Part shown: in pieces, positions 14,323 to 28,129 of the stretch | Position numbering within the stretch: the first letter of the stretch is position 1 | How the letters are laid out: every line of letters starts with the position of its first letter | Source of the DNA: the human T2T-CHM13v2.0 reference genome, Homo sapiens | Assembly (NCBI RefSeq): GCF_009914755.1 | Contig: NC_060925.1 | Strand: one strand, 5' to 3' | Length of the DNA stretch: 64,000 bases | Position numbers and translations under genes: made by a program | Notes under the pieces: generated by a model | Databases searched by the model: none | Told to the model about the DNA's origin: nothing | Seen by the model: the letters and a program-made list of their open reading frames with translations, nothing else

Positions 14323-15328
14323 TAATGTGACTTTTTAAAATGGTTTTGAGGAGTGTAAAAGGCTTTGGATCATTTTAGAGAATTTCTGTCTTCTAGTTCA
14401 AATCAGAGGTCTTCAGTGTCTTAAGTTCCCAAATAATTTTTGGTTGTATTGAAATGAATTTTATTTATTCAGCCAAACATTTACTGGGTACCCAGTAGGT
14501 GTTAGGGGCTGTGCTAGATATCAGAACTATGGTAATGAATAAAACATGAGTTCATACTCAGCAGGGAAACAGGTGCTGAAACAGTGTACTGAAATGACTC
14601 CCACAGACCCCCATTCTTCAGGAGCTAATGGAAGAAAATGGAGACATGAGGCAGGACCAGTATAAGCCTTTTGCCTGACTGCCCAACACTGACTGTGCAG
14701 AATGATGTTTTAAGAACTGTCCGTCTCTTGATCAGCTTCAGGGAATCCATGGAGAACAGGCATAATTAGGCTTTGGAAGTCACTGAAATATTTCTTTCCG
14801 GTTATCTGCCTTCTGGGCTTTGGTGGGAGCATTTTGGGAGTTGCTAGGCAAGTGAAATGAGATCAACAGCATGAGGAAAACACGCTGTTTTGCTTCTGAG
14901 GTGGTAGGTAGGCCAAGACGCAGTGGTTGGCTTTTTTCTCTCTCCTTAGGTTCGCCCACAGTGGACAGTTTCTTTAATTCTACCTTCTGGTCCTCAGGGT
15001 GGGCCATGGAAGACCAGTTAACAGCTGACCTCAGGTGTTCTAAAAGTACAGGTCAGACACCCCTAGTACCTCAGGTTCAGGCCGCAGAACTAGGCTCGTA
15101 TTTATATATCAGCAGTTAATGGATGCTTATTAAGTCTTTACTATCTATTGTTCTGGTGCCAATGTGAAACCGACTGGGTAGAAAAGGAAGAGCTTTTTAG
15201 AATAAACATTCTCATGAATAAGAGCATTTGCTTTCTTGCAAAGCTTACATACTGGCCTTCTTGGACATGTTTTCACAGTAGTTGTAGAAAAGCTAAGAGT
15301 GTCTAACTAATTTTTCTTTGTTTTTTAA

Positions 15329-15445
<117 letters not shown>

Positions 15446-16145
15446 TAACTGACAGTGTGCTGAGGAAATACATGCATTTACTTGGCTGCAAAATCAAACC
15501 AGCAGCTAACGACTCTCAACTGTGTCTAATGCTGATGAGTGACTGATGACTGGAAAGAAAGGGAATAGGTACCATTTATGGAGCAGGTGTTGTGTGCCAG
15601 ATACCATCCTGAGATGGACTCATAGCAGCTCTCTGAGTCCTTCAGACAACTCCATAATGGACATGGGAATTATCTGCATTTTAATTTGAAGAAACTGAGT
15701 TTTGGGTGGAAACTTGAAAGGTTACTAGGAATCTCTCTCTGGTCTGTCTTCTAAAGCCATGCTCTTTCCTCTGTGCTGTGCTTGCGTGGGTCCCCGTCTC
15801 CTTGAAGGAAGTTCTGTGGAAACCTGCCTGGGTGGTACTGTCACCTGAGGTGGCCTGGGTCTTTCGCAGGCCCAGGGGCAGATGTGAAATGTCTAAAATG
15901 GGAAACGCCTTTGCATTCACACATCTTTAAAACACTGCAGCAAAGCAGGATCCTCTATTTCTTGCTTTCTCTCTGTCCTCTCTCTGGATGTTTCCCTCTC
16001 TTTTTATTTCTTTTATTTGGTTTCTTCCTTTTTTTAAATTTCTAGCCACCTTTCTTGCCTCATATAGGTGTTCACAAGGGAATAAAACGTGTAAGATGTT
16101 TTGACAGGCGCAGAGAGGCGTGAGACACAAATGCAAAACCAAGAT

Positions 16146-16261
16146 AGAGTGAACAGGGGTTATATTAATTGAATCCATATTTCCAAGGTAATGTATCAAA
16201 TCAGCTTTCATTGCTCACGACATCTGTGTTCTACACATGCTTGGCAGAGTTGAGCGGATTA
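16146..16261 (+). repeat. Copy 1 of a ~110-bp local direct duplication (copy 2 at 17570-17678)
   Basis: agagtgaacag.ggttatattaattgaatccatatttc.aaggtaat...acacatgcttggcagagt occurs at both positions. Confidence 0.9.
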
Positions 16262-17569
16262 AATTGGAAATGTAGGTGTGCTTGGTTCTAATTTCATCCT
16301 TGCTGAGTTCAGCGTGGTTTGGTGGAAAGAATGCCATATTGGGAGCCTGGAGCTCGGGGTTCTCATCCCAACGTGGCTCCTGACTCTGACTCACGGAGTG
16401 ACCTTGAGCAGCTTGCTTCCACGTTTGACAGTTTTTACCACGTAAAAAAAGGAGTTACTTTTTGGAAATGTTGTGAGGGTAAAATATTCTGTGAAAACCT
16501 TTGAAAAAATATAAATTGCTGTATAGTTCAAGCTCCGATTATTTGCTCTGTATCTTTCCCTGTGAAATTGGAATAATAACACAAGGGCAAGTCTGTTTGG
16601 ATTAATTCAAACATCCAAAACGTATTTTGCTGGAAATACCCTCCAAAGGCCCACAGCACCTGGCAGCGGTTGGGATGCTTTTTTAGTGGCTGCTTTAACC
16701 TCTGGCATGGGCTACTGCAGGGTCCGCCCTGCTGCCCCAGGGCCATGGGCCACTGAGGGCTGGCCCTCTGAAATATGTCTTGAGGACAGCCAGTCCTAGG
16801 GTAGTTGCAGGAAGTCGGTAGGGAATAAAAGAGGGTTTTCTTTTACGGCCCTGATGGTAACACCTCAAACATTTCTTAAATTCTGGGAGACGAGAGAGTC
16901 CATCAGTGGCTCTGCAGCAGCATGTTCTCTCTGCCTTCCCAGGCGGGAGGACGCTTGAATCAAGGGTCTATCTGTAGATTCCTTTTAGTTTCTCTACTAA
17001 GGGGACTATAAAGGCTTTGTTACCAACAAACCAACATAATAGGATATTTCCAAAGAAGGGATTGTCCCGTGTAGTAGAAGGATGATGAGGAACAAATGGG
17101 AAAGGGCTACCGTGAACAAGTATGAAAAGGTAGAGATTTCCAGGCAGGAGTAAGAAGTCAAATGAGAGAAAAATACTCTAGAAGCTTCTGTGTTCTCCCA
17201 GAGCCCCTGAGATTGGTAGAATAGGAAGTTCCCTGATCCCTGGTTACAAATCAGGAAGTAGAGAGACAGGAAGGCTCGGATACGGCAATGGAGCCAACAC
17301 CTTAGACTCCAGCCTAATCCTGCCATGTCAGACCAGAGTCTGAGGTGCAGACCACACTACAGTCTGGAGGGCAGATGGCAGTGCTGCTCTACCTGCCCCA
17401 GAAAGCCCAGCAGCACCATCTGTCTCTGAAGTCTTCACCATTATTTAAATTATGATGTATTTTAGACTCACCAGGAGGTATAAAGAACAATATATTAAAC
17501 ATCCACGTATACCCACTAGCCAGCTTAAGACATAACCTACCATCTGATTTTTAAAAAACGAAACAATGC

Positions 17570-17678
17570 AGAGTGAACAGAGGTTATATTAATTGAATCC
17601 ATATTTCTAAGGTAATAAATCAGCTTTTCCTTGCTCATACATCTGTGCTGCACACATGCTTGGCAGAGTGGAGGATTA
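17570..17678 (+). repeat. Copy 2 of the ~110-bp local direct duplication
   Basis: Matches 16146-16261; the minus-strand ORFs share ...YL(G/R)NMDSINIT(P/S)VHS. Confidence 0.9.
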
Positions 17679-18198
17679 TGTATTGAGGAGTATGTATCGG
17701 AAGTCCCACATGTGTCCCTTCCTCCCCTGCAGAAAGCACAGCAGTCCTGAATTTGGGACTTCATTTGCCTATACTTTGAGCATATGTGTCAGTAGACAAT
17801 CTAGATGATTGTTTCCGGTTTTGAAACTTTAGATAAGTAGCTTACTCTCCATGTCTTTCTGGACATGTTCTTCATGTTCTTTCATGTTCTTCATGTTCAC
17901 CTTGTCTTCATTTGTGCAAGTGAGGATTAACCCGTCTGTCTTTCCTTCTTGGGCAGGGGGTGGGGATGGAAGGGTTGAGGGAACAGTTTCCAAGGGTGGT
18001 GTAGTCAGCTGCATGTGAAGAATAGTTTTATTTAAGACTCAGTGCAGAATTACTCCTTCTCCACGATAATTTAAAGTTCCCCTCTTTGTAAAACAACTCC
18101 TACGGGTGACAGGAGGGAGGCGGAGTGTGGGAGTTGGCAGAGCAGTGAGGAGCTGGCAGGGAGGCCTCCATCAGGCAGGGTGCCAGCGTCAGCATTGA

Positions 18199-18378
<180 letters not shown>

Positions 18379-20144
18379 TAGTGCAGTAAGTCCTTCCTTT
18401 CTGCCTCTGATATTCAAGCTGTGGGATTGTGACTTTGAAGACCGGAATCGGTGAGGAGCAGTGGATTTGGATTGTGCAGATTACGGCTGCTTTCATATTG
18501 CTCACCTGCCCAACTTTTTAATGGTTTTCAATCTGCTAGATTGGTCCTTATTGCATCAACTAAATTTGGTATTTACTTTATTCTTTCAATAAATGTTTAT
18601 TGACATCAGTTACATGCTGAGCACTAGGGATAAATGGAAGACAATATAATCCCTGCTGTCTAGCACCTGACTAGCTGGCACATCCAATAGTAATGGGCCC
18701 TGCCTGGGCTCCTGTGGACATAAGAGGAGATAGAGCTCAGACTGGGAGGTCAGGGCAGGCTTCCTGGACAAGGTGGTGTTCGAACTGTTTTTGACGATTC
18801 AGTGGGAGTTGCCGTGGCTGGGACTGTGGATGTGATATGGTGTTGAAGAAAAGGTCATTCCAGGTAGAGGAGACAGTGTGAGAAGGCACAGGCACATGTG
18901 CCTATTTGGGGAACTGCAAGGAGCCCATTGTGCTTGGAGCATTGGGGAGGGAATGGGGATTTAGGGTGATAAACTAGAGAAGTAAGTGAGGTGTTAAATT
19001 ACTACCCCCACTTCTCACTTCTAGCCTTACCCCAGAATCCACCGACAGAGACACGGAATCCAAATGCAAAGCCATTCAAAGGATCAGGTAGTAGCCAGAT
19101 CAGAGCAGCAGGGAGGGGTAGACTCACAGAAGCATGGGATTAGGGCTGAGAGGAGCCTAGAAACCAGCCTTTTGCCAAGTTTCCCACGGGGGGGCGTGCC
19201 TGGGTGTGCGTGTTCGGATGCTGAGACTCAGGAACTCTCAGGTAGTCAGGAACGTGGTGATGAGCAAGGGGCTTCTTAGTGTGCTGCCCCTGAATCATCA
19301 CAGGTGAGCTGTCCAGGGGCCGTGGGACAGGCTTCTCACCATGGGCAGGGTGGCCGAGTCTCACGGAAACCGAGATGGTGTCCTCGGAGGCTGGCTCCCA
19401 CTGCAGGTCCGGGAGCAGGCCAGCCCAGGTGCAGCATTGAAGCCACATGTGAGGATTTGGGCCACACTTCACCCCTTACCACTAACGTTCCCTGTACACA
19501 TACAATTCCACTGACTTCACAGCGACCTCTGGGGGACGGGGCCTGTGCCTTATATTCACCATGCTTTGTATTCTGTGGTGTCTGGGCCTGGACGCATACA
19601 GTGAGGATTTACCGAGTCTGAGTGCATAGGGTGAGGATGTAGCTGTCCTTGTTTAACTCTTCATGGTACTGTTGAAGGCCCCAAATTGAAGAATCCCTTC
19701 AGAGGTTGTTACGGTCAAAATGTCAATCGTTACGAATTATATTGTAGTTGGGATTAAAAGCACCACGGAATACGAGGCACAGGTCGCGTCTCCCAGAGGT
19801 CACTGCAAAGTCAGTGGAGTTGTATGTGCACGAGGAATGTCAGTGAGGAATGTGGCCTGCTCTTTCTCATCCTCTCTGACAGAATGCTTTGGGGAGCCAC
19901 AGCTTTGGCTCTCTGCTTTTTGTCCAGTGGAAAACTTGAGTGGCTTGAACTGGGAGAAGCAGACTGTGGGAGCTGCACTTAGCAGGAGCCGCAAAGCCCT
20001 GGCTGTTCCACTTTAAGCTGGGTCAGTGGCAAACACCAGAAAGCATTTGAGGAAAATGGAGAAGCCTGAAGAGGGAAGGTGACTGAGGAGGGGTAATGGC
20101 TTTTAAAAGAAGCATTGTTTGATGGTTATTTTTGGCATCTTTAA

Positions 20145-20384
<240 letters not shown>

Positions 20385-21229
20385 TGACAGCCAGCACACC
20401 GCTTTCGCTTGTGAGTTTAAGCACTACACAAAAGAGCTTTGCATAAATGAGGGTCTGCTTCACCTCCTCCCAAATGACCAATCACATGCCCAAGAAGTGA
20501 CCAGTCACACGCCCAAGCCCAAGCCATCTGTGAGGACGAGGGAGAGAAGGCGCCACCATGGGTGTCAGAGGCAGGACCACTCAGCAGGAGTGAGGCGTTT
20601 AATATTGTGTTCCATGGATGGGCGAGGACCATTGCTGCTGTCTCAGGTGGTCACGTGTCAGGATCTCAGTCTTCTTAGCTTCTGAAGAAAGAGAACACTC
20701 ACTTGTTCAAAAACGTAGGTTAATATCTATGCATATTATTAAAATAGACTGTCAGGTGGCTTCCCTTGAAAGGGGAAGACAGGTGGAAACAAACATTTGC
20801 AGAATGTATACCAGGTGCCAGGTGCATAGTAAGGTGCTTGATGGTCATGCTTTTAATTTCCACACAGCCGTGTGAGGCAGTTTAAGTTTGTGTTTTACAG
20901 AGAAGATGAAGGATGATGGAGATTGTGCTGGGCCCCCCAATATAGAGAGGAGAGCCCAGCCTGTACATATCCCCAGTGGCCGTTCTTTGACTGTGCTGGC
21001 TTTTTTTCTTTCGAGTGACGAGAACAGACTCTTCTCAGCAACTTGTCTCTCATCCCCCCCACCTTTGAAAAGGCAAATATCATATGCATGTCCCTTTAGC
21101 TGCTGTAAAAAAGAGTGTCTTAATCAAGAATTGGAACCAGAATTCACCAGAGTCATTAACAAATTTAATAATTTGCAGAAAATTACTCTGTTTTACTGCC
21201 ATTTTCAGTCGTTCAGAAATAATAATGTT

Positions 21230-21539
21230 GGCTGGGCACAGTGGCTCACACCTGTAATCCCAGCACTTTGAGAGGCCAAGGTGGGAGGATTGCTTGAGCC
21301 TAGGAGTTTGAGACTAGCCCCGGCAAGATGGCAAGACCCTGTCTCTACAAAACAAATTTAAAAATGAGCCGTGCACTGGGGAGTGCAGGCCTGTACTTCT
21401 TCAGCCAGCTACTCGGGAGGATGAGGCGGGAGGATCACTTGAGCCTAGGAGATCGAGGCTGCAGTAAGCCATGATCATGCCACTGTATTCCAACCTGGGC
21501 AACAGAGTGAGACCCTGTCTCTAAAAAACAAACAAAAAA
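21230..21539 (+). mobile_element. AluJ SINE
   Basis: Dimeric Alu with J-type gggaggattgcttgagcc and gaggctgcagt. Confidence 0.9.
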
Positions 21540-22493
21540 GATAGTGGCGCATTTTAATCCCAACCACAATATAATTCATAATCATCCATATTTTTACCAT
21601 AACAGCATCTGAAGGGATTCTTAAATTTGGGGCCTTCAGCAGTACCATGAAGAATTAAACAAGGACAGCTACATCCTTACCATATGCACTTAGGCTCAGT
21701 AAATCCTCACTGTATGCGCCCAGGCTCGGACGCCACAGAATTTAAGGCACTGGGGTTCTAATGTTAAGTTCCAGCCCCTCCTCACTAGGGAATTTGTGGC
21801 TATTCTTTTACAGACATAACTGTTCAAAAACCTCTGCTCTAGCCCAGTCTTTCATCTTTCAAGTCCTGTGTCCTCTGCGATCTCTTTTTACTTTCAGTAC
21901 CATTCATGTCCGGGCAGTCTGTGACATATTAGGGCATTTAATAGAATGAATTCTCAGAGTTCACCTTTTTAGTAGCCTCTGGAGAGGGGAACTGGGCCAG
22001 GCACATACATTACCTACCCAGGTAGCAATTTCTCAGGAGGGGCTTTCCTCCAGTGCACTCTGGAACATTCTGGTGGCAGTGCCTTATTACTCTGGGAGTC
22101 TGCTCTTCTGAGTAGGCTCTGATTGCTGTCTCTTCGAAGGTACCATGGGGCTCTGTGATCTCTCTCTCCTGTGGCGCAGGGAAGCTTTGGGTCCCCCTCT
22201 GGCCTTTGTTAGCAAAGAATAATTGATGGGCCGAGTATACCTGGAAAACGGCTTCCCCATGCACAGCTGTCCCTGAGCTCTGTGACATTCCTGTGTGCCA
22301 TTACCAAACACCTCCTCGCCTGTACTTAACAATTTCCTGCCCTGTGTCAATGAAGCTGTACTTGCTTCCACGGCGGGCAACGAGCTGTGAAGTGTGTGGG
22401 TTGGCCACTCATTGATTAATTGATCAGTCCTGAGCAGTACCATATATGTAGACGCATGGGTTGTGGTACCAGCCCCCTGGCCCCTCCCACTGT

Positions 22494-22660
22494 CTGACCT
22501 TGGGCCAGTTGATCAAGCTTCCTATGCCCCTGATTTCTTGTCTGTAAAATGGAGCTGATGGTATCACCTATGTCACAAGGTGGTTGAGAGGGTTAAATAG
22601 TAATTCATATAAAGCACCAAGAGCAGGCATACAGTAACCACTGAATGAGTATTATAAGCT
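22494..22660 (+). mobile_element. MIR SINE
   Basis: tgaccttgggc...tctgtaaaatgg...gagggttaaat core. Confidence 0.7.
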
Positions 22661-23396
22661 ATTTACCTTCTCAGCAAATATTTATTGATTTTTTTAATAT
22701 GTATAAGACTTTATTTGTTACCTTAGTTGCAGGGAAGAGTTGCTTATGAGCTGAGGGTGAAAAATGGGGGAGGGTAGGCCCCAGGGCTGTGGAGAAAATC
22801 CAGAAGCAAATCCTGCTGAATTCTTGGTTTGGTGCCCAGCCAGCCCTGGGTGTCCTCAGCCGGCTCCTGTATGACCCTTGACCCCACCCCACATGGCAGG
22901 CAGCACATGGCCTGGGCATCGCTGACCCCAACAGTTTGTTGTTTGAGCTGCTGCTGTTGATGGAGAGTGGAGGCGCTTCCATTTATTGGATCTCTTTTGA
23001 ACATGGTGCTGGACTTAATTGAAAACACTTGGGGACAAATTTTTTTTTTTTTTTAAACCGTGACTTTAGCACAGTGCCTGAAGGCATTCAGTAAATGTTT
23101 GGTCAGTGTGTGAATGAGCCAGTGAACTGGTGTCTTGACAATTTATGTTACGTCATGTCATACATTTTTTAAAAATCTCATTTCATTTGTTTATCTTACA
23201 AATATTTATTGGATACTCACTATGTGTCAGACACAATTCCAAGTACTGGGGATGTAACAGTGCACAATACAGGCTGCCATCTGTGCGTTGTGAAGCTTAT
23301 TCTCATTTGACGATACCCGATTGCTCTTCATGGTGTGCTGGCGCCACGTTCTTGCTAACGGCGCCCCCGCACACTCCTACACTCCTTGGTTTTAAG

Positions 23397-23597
23397 GCTG
23401 AGAAGGACTCTGCCAGCACGGAGCCATACTACTGCCTCTCAGACTTCATCGCTCCCTTGCATTCTGGCATCCGTGACTACCTGGGCCTGTTTGCCGTTGC
23501 CTGCTTTGGGGTAGAAGAGCTGAGCAAGGCCTATGAGGATGATGGTGACGACTACAGCAGCATCATGGTCAAGGCGCTGGGGGACCGGCTGGCAGAG
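23397..23597 (+). CDS. MTR: Methionine synthase coding exon 30 (201 nt; [20 protein letters not shown]...[11 protein letters not shown])
   Basis: gctaac branch motif (23354-23359), ttttaag| acceptor and |gtaagg donor; CLSDFIAP and DRLAE motifs. Confidence 0.98.
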
Positions 23598-24397
23598 GTA
23601 AGGCAGAGGCATTGCGCCGAGGGGCTGAGGACAGAGGCCAGGCAGTAGGGAGCCTGGGGTGGGTGCCTGAAGACTGATCAGCCCTTAGAACCAGTGTCTT
23701 TTTTTTTTTTTTTCTTGAGATGGATGCTGCTGGCTTTAACATTATACGTATTTTAATATTATGTATCCCCAGATTGCTTGTGTACATTATCTTTGAGGCA
23801 AAGAAAAACCTTGAATGGTGCCACAGTTGGCTGTTGCTCTTAGAGCCTTTATCTCTACCTTATCTCTGTTGTCTCTCTTTGCTTGTTGTGATGTGACATT
23901 TTCCTCAGTACCCCAAAAAATTAAAAACAAATTTTTATTTCAGAGCCCCTCGTTGTAATGCTGGTGTCATCTATAGATTCTTCATCTTCCTCTGCATGGA
24001 ATGAGGGTAGTAGCCTTTGCCCTGGGGAGAGCCTCTCCCTTTTCCTGCAGTGAACAGTGGAGGAACTAGCAGCTGTATGGTCCCAGCTGCTCTTTCTGGC
24101 CCGTGGAGCTTTGGATTGACCTTTAGGGAAATCGTTAATTTTAAGGTCTAAAATCTTTAGGTCATTAAGTATGGTCCTTCAGAGCTCAGGTTGAGGCCAA
24201 AATTGAGCTGCAGAGCAGCAGCTGATGAAAGTACAAACCAATCAAGAATCCAGCCTGTTTCCTCTTGTCAAATTTCCCCTGGCTGTGGTCCAGATGAGGG
24301 AGGGTGTCCTCATGGTTCTAATTCAGGGGGTGGAGGCTGCACTGATGCTGTGAGCCCCTGCGTCTGCCTAAGCATGCCTGCTGCTTTGGGTCCCAAG

Positions 24398-24590
24398 GCC
24401 TTTGCAGAAGAGCTCCATGAAAGAGTTCGCCGAGAACTGTGGGCCTACTGTGGCAGTGAGCAGCTGGACGTCGCAGACCTGCGCAGGCTGCGGTACAAGG
24501 GCATCCGCCCGGCTCCTGGCTACCCCAGCCAGCCCGACCACACCGAGAAGCTCACCATGTGGAGACTCGCAGACATCGAGCAGTCTACAG
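24398..24590 (+). CDS. MTR: Methionine synthase coding exon 31 (193 nt; [17 protein letters not shown]...[17 protein letters not shown]...IEQST(G))
   Basis: cccaag| acceptor and |gtagga donor; RPAPGY AdoMet-binding motif. Confidence 0.97.
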
Positions 24591-25424
24591 GTAGGAGCCA
24601 GGAGGCTGCGGGTTCCTGTCTTCCTTCTTCAGTAGATACTCTTATCAGCATACTGGCACTTAGGGTTAAACATGTTTTTAAAATGGAAGGGCTTCTAATC
24701 ACATTGTCCCTTATGCTGTCCTTTTTCACTCGTAGCTATTCTGCATTTTACTTCAGTATTACTGATTAGTATTCTTACATCATTATTTTTAGATGTATCA
24801 ATTTAAATTATTTCCTCTTGGCCTACGCCAGATGGGAGTTTAGCTTATGTATACCATCCTGTGCCTCTCCTGCCCCAGTTTCCTGTCACAGGCATGGTGA
24901 TGTCTTTAATCCCTCCCTTAGAGACCGACCTTTGTCCCTCAGTAATGTCACTTTGCTTCATGCTCTTGTCTCATTGCTTGTGGATGGTGTCCCTGGGTGC
25001 TGGTCTTGCAGAGCGCCCAGCCTTCCCTTCAGCCCTCTTTTCTCTTTACTTTTACACTGTTAGTAACATTTATATTCTTCTGTAATCATAATTCTCTGTT
25101 ATGTTTTGCCTGTGGATTGATTCTAAAAGCTGAAAATGACAAGCTGGCATGTGCCTTTCTGAGACAAAGGCCCAGACACCCGGCCTCAGCGTCCTGTGCC
25201 CAGAGCTGACTTGGCTCGTGGTTCTGTGGCTGCACATTGTCATGTCAATGTCCTGGTTCTGTCATTACTGCAGAGTTCATGTAGTTGAGATGGCCCAGGC
25301 TAAGCTCACAGTTTTCAGCGGAATTAATAAAAAGCATGCCATCAAAGCTGATAAAGGCATCCAGATTTAAGTGAGAAACCATGAGCTGTGCTGAATCTGC
25401 TTCAGCAGGAACAACACTAACTCT

Positions 25425-25580
25425 AGGAGTCATGAGATCTGGGTTTGAGTCCTGTTTCTGCCATAAGCTAGCTGGGCGACCTCTGGCAAAGCACTCACCC
25501 TTCATGTTGCTCTGTTTCCTTGTTCATAGAATGAGTGGCTTCGAATAGATATCCTTGAGGGTCTGTTTGAGCTCTCAGAT
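25425..25580 (+). mobile_element. MIR/MIR3 SINE
   Basis: ggagtcatgagatctgggtttgagtcctg...gctgggcgacctctggcaa...ctctgtttcctt. Confidence 0.6.
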
Positions 25581-25936
25581 CCCAAGGAAAACTGTCTCTT
25601 CTTTCTCACAATGTTGTGGGTTCCTTCTTCACTGGAGCTCTCAGTCGTCCCTAGTATCAGTGGCCGCACAGAGCCGGTGGAGGCTGTTCAGTTGTTGTTC
25701 TCATCTCCAGGGGTAGAGCTCCTGCCTGAGAAGGTCTAGGCTTAGGAGCAAATTAGGGCACCTGTAACTGATCTGGGATGGCTGGAGGTGGGAGTGTAGA
25801 GTCTTTCCCAGGCCTGTCCCCCTGGGTTAGAGGAGATCTGCATGTCCCGAATTTGTTTCTTCACCTGGCAGGAATTTGCTAGACTTCTCTGATCACAGCT
25901 TTCATGCTGTGTCATGTGTCTACCTAGAAGGCATGA

Positions 25937-26164
<228 letters not shown>

Positions 26165-26340
26165 TAGCTGTTGCATTATATGTGGCTTGCCTAGTTCAAA
26201 TGAAATTCTAGAACCTCTCTCATTTTAAATGTGAATGAGAATAAAGTGAGGGGAAAGGATGAAGAAATTTACTCCAGTTAATGTCTTAATTTGATTTCAA
26301 TAGAATACCTCTATTCTAGCCCTCACTTCTACATGCAAGC

Positions 26341-26345
26341 CACAC

Positions 26346-26389
<44 letters not shown>
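26341..26389. repeat. (CA)n microsatellite in intron 32
   Basis: Interrupted CA run read directly. Confidence 0.95.
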
Positions 26390-26390
<1 letters not shown>

Positions 26391-26578
26391 GCTTCTAAGC
26401 ATCAGATGTTTACTACATGTTTTTCTGCCCAGAGAAAAAGGCAACTTGGTAGATAAATATCTATCTCCATTTAACTCTGTAGATTGCTATTAAGACAAGA
26501 AATGCAAGGTACTTAATGTTTCTTGGCAAATCTTGTGGAAACTTCTATTCCAAAAGTCTTATCATGTTGGTTTAATAA

Positions 26579-26686
<108 letters not shown>

Positions 26687-27409
26687 CTTTTTTTTTTTTT
26701 TTGCCTTTTTTATTCTTGATGATCCTCAAGGAAATACAACCTAGGGTGCCTTAAAAATAACAACAACAAAAAACCTGTGTGCATCTGGCTGACACTTACC
26801 TGCTTCTGGTTTTCGAAGACTATTTAGTGGAACCTTGTAGAGGAGCAGGGTCTTCCTGCAGTGCCTGGAAAACAGGCGCTGTTTTTTTGGGACCTTGCGT
26901 GAAGAGCAGTGAGCAGGGTTCCTGTGGTTTCCCTGGTCCCTCTGAGATGGGGACAGACTGAAGACAGAGGTCGTTTGATTTCAAAGCAAGTCAACCTGCT
27001 TTTTTCTGTTTTTACAGTGGAATCTAGGAGGCCACTTAGTCGTCTTTTTTTCCTCTTAGAAGAAAAGCCTGAAACTGAGTTGAATAGAGAAGTGTGACCC
27101 TGTGACAAAATGATACTGTGAGAAATGGGGCATTTTAATCTAAGTGGTTATAACAGTGGATTCTGACGGGGAAGGTGTAGCTCTGTTCTCTTCGGAAGAC
27201 CTCGTTTTCTAAAGGCTGGACTAAATGGCTGCAGAACTCCCTTTGGCAAAAGGCATGCGCTCACTGCTTGCTTGTCAGAAACACTGAAGCCATTTGCCCC
27301 AGTGTGGTCAAGCAGCCATGCTTTCTGGGCATTTTCGTCCTCCCATAATTTCATATTTCCGTACCCCTGAGGAAACAAAAAGGAAATGAGGAGAGAAAGT
27401 TACTGTTAA

Positions 27410-27754
<345 letters not shown>

Positions 27755-28129
27755 GGTTAACATCTTTTAATTGTTTCCAGGATTGAGCAGGTTCTCAGCT
27801 GGGCTCTGATATCCCGTGCGGAGTTGGACAAGTGGGCAGCATAAAGTCACTCATTTCTTACCATTTTATTCCCCTCAATTCTCAATATATTCAGTAATGA
27901 AGAATGGTGCCACCACTCAAGCAACAAGCCTCAAACTCAACCATGTCATCTTTTTCTTGGATGATTGCAGTTATTTCAAAAATTTGCATGCAAAATATAC
28001 ACTCATCCTACTTCAAGATGGTGGTGGCAATAGTCAGGAGAAGGTAACATTGGAGTCCTGGTTTGATTCGAAGGATGAAGACGAAGAAGCAAGGGAGGAA
28101 CAAATGAAGAACCATCTTTGTTCATGAAT

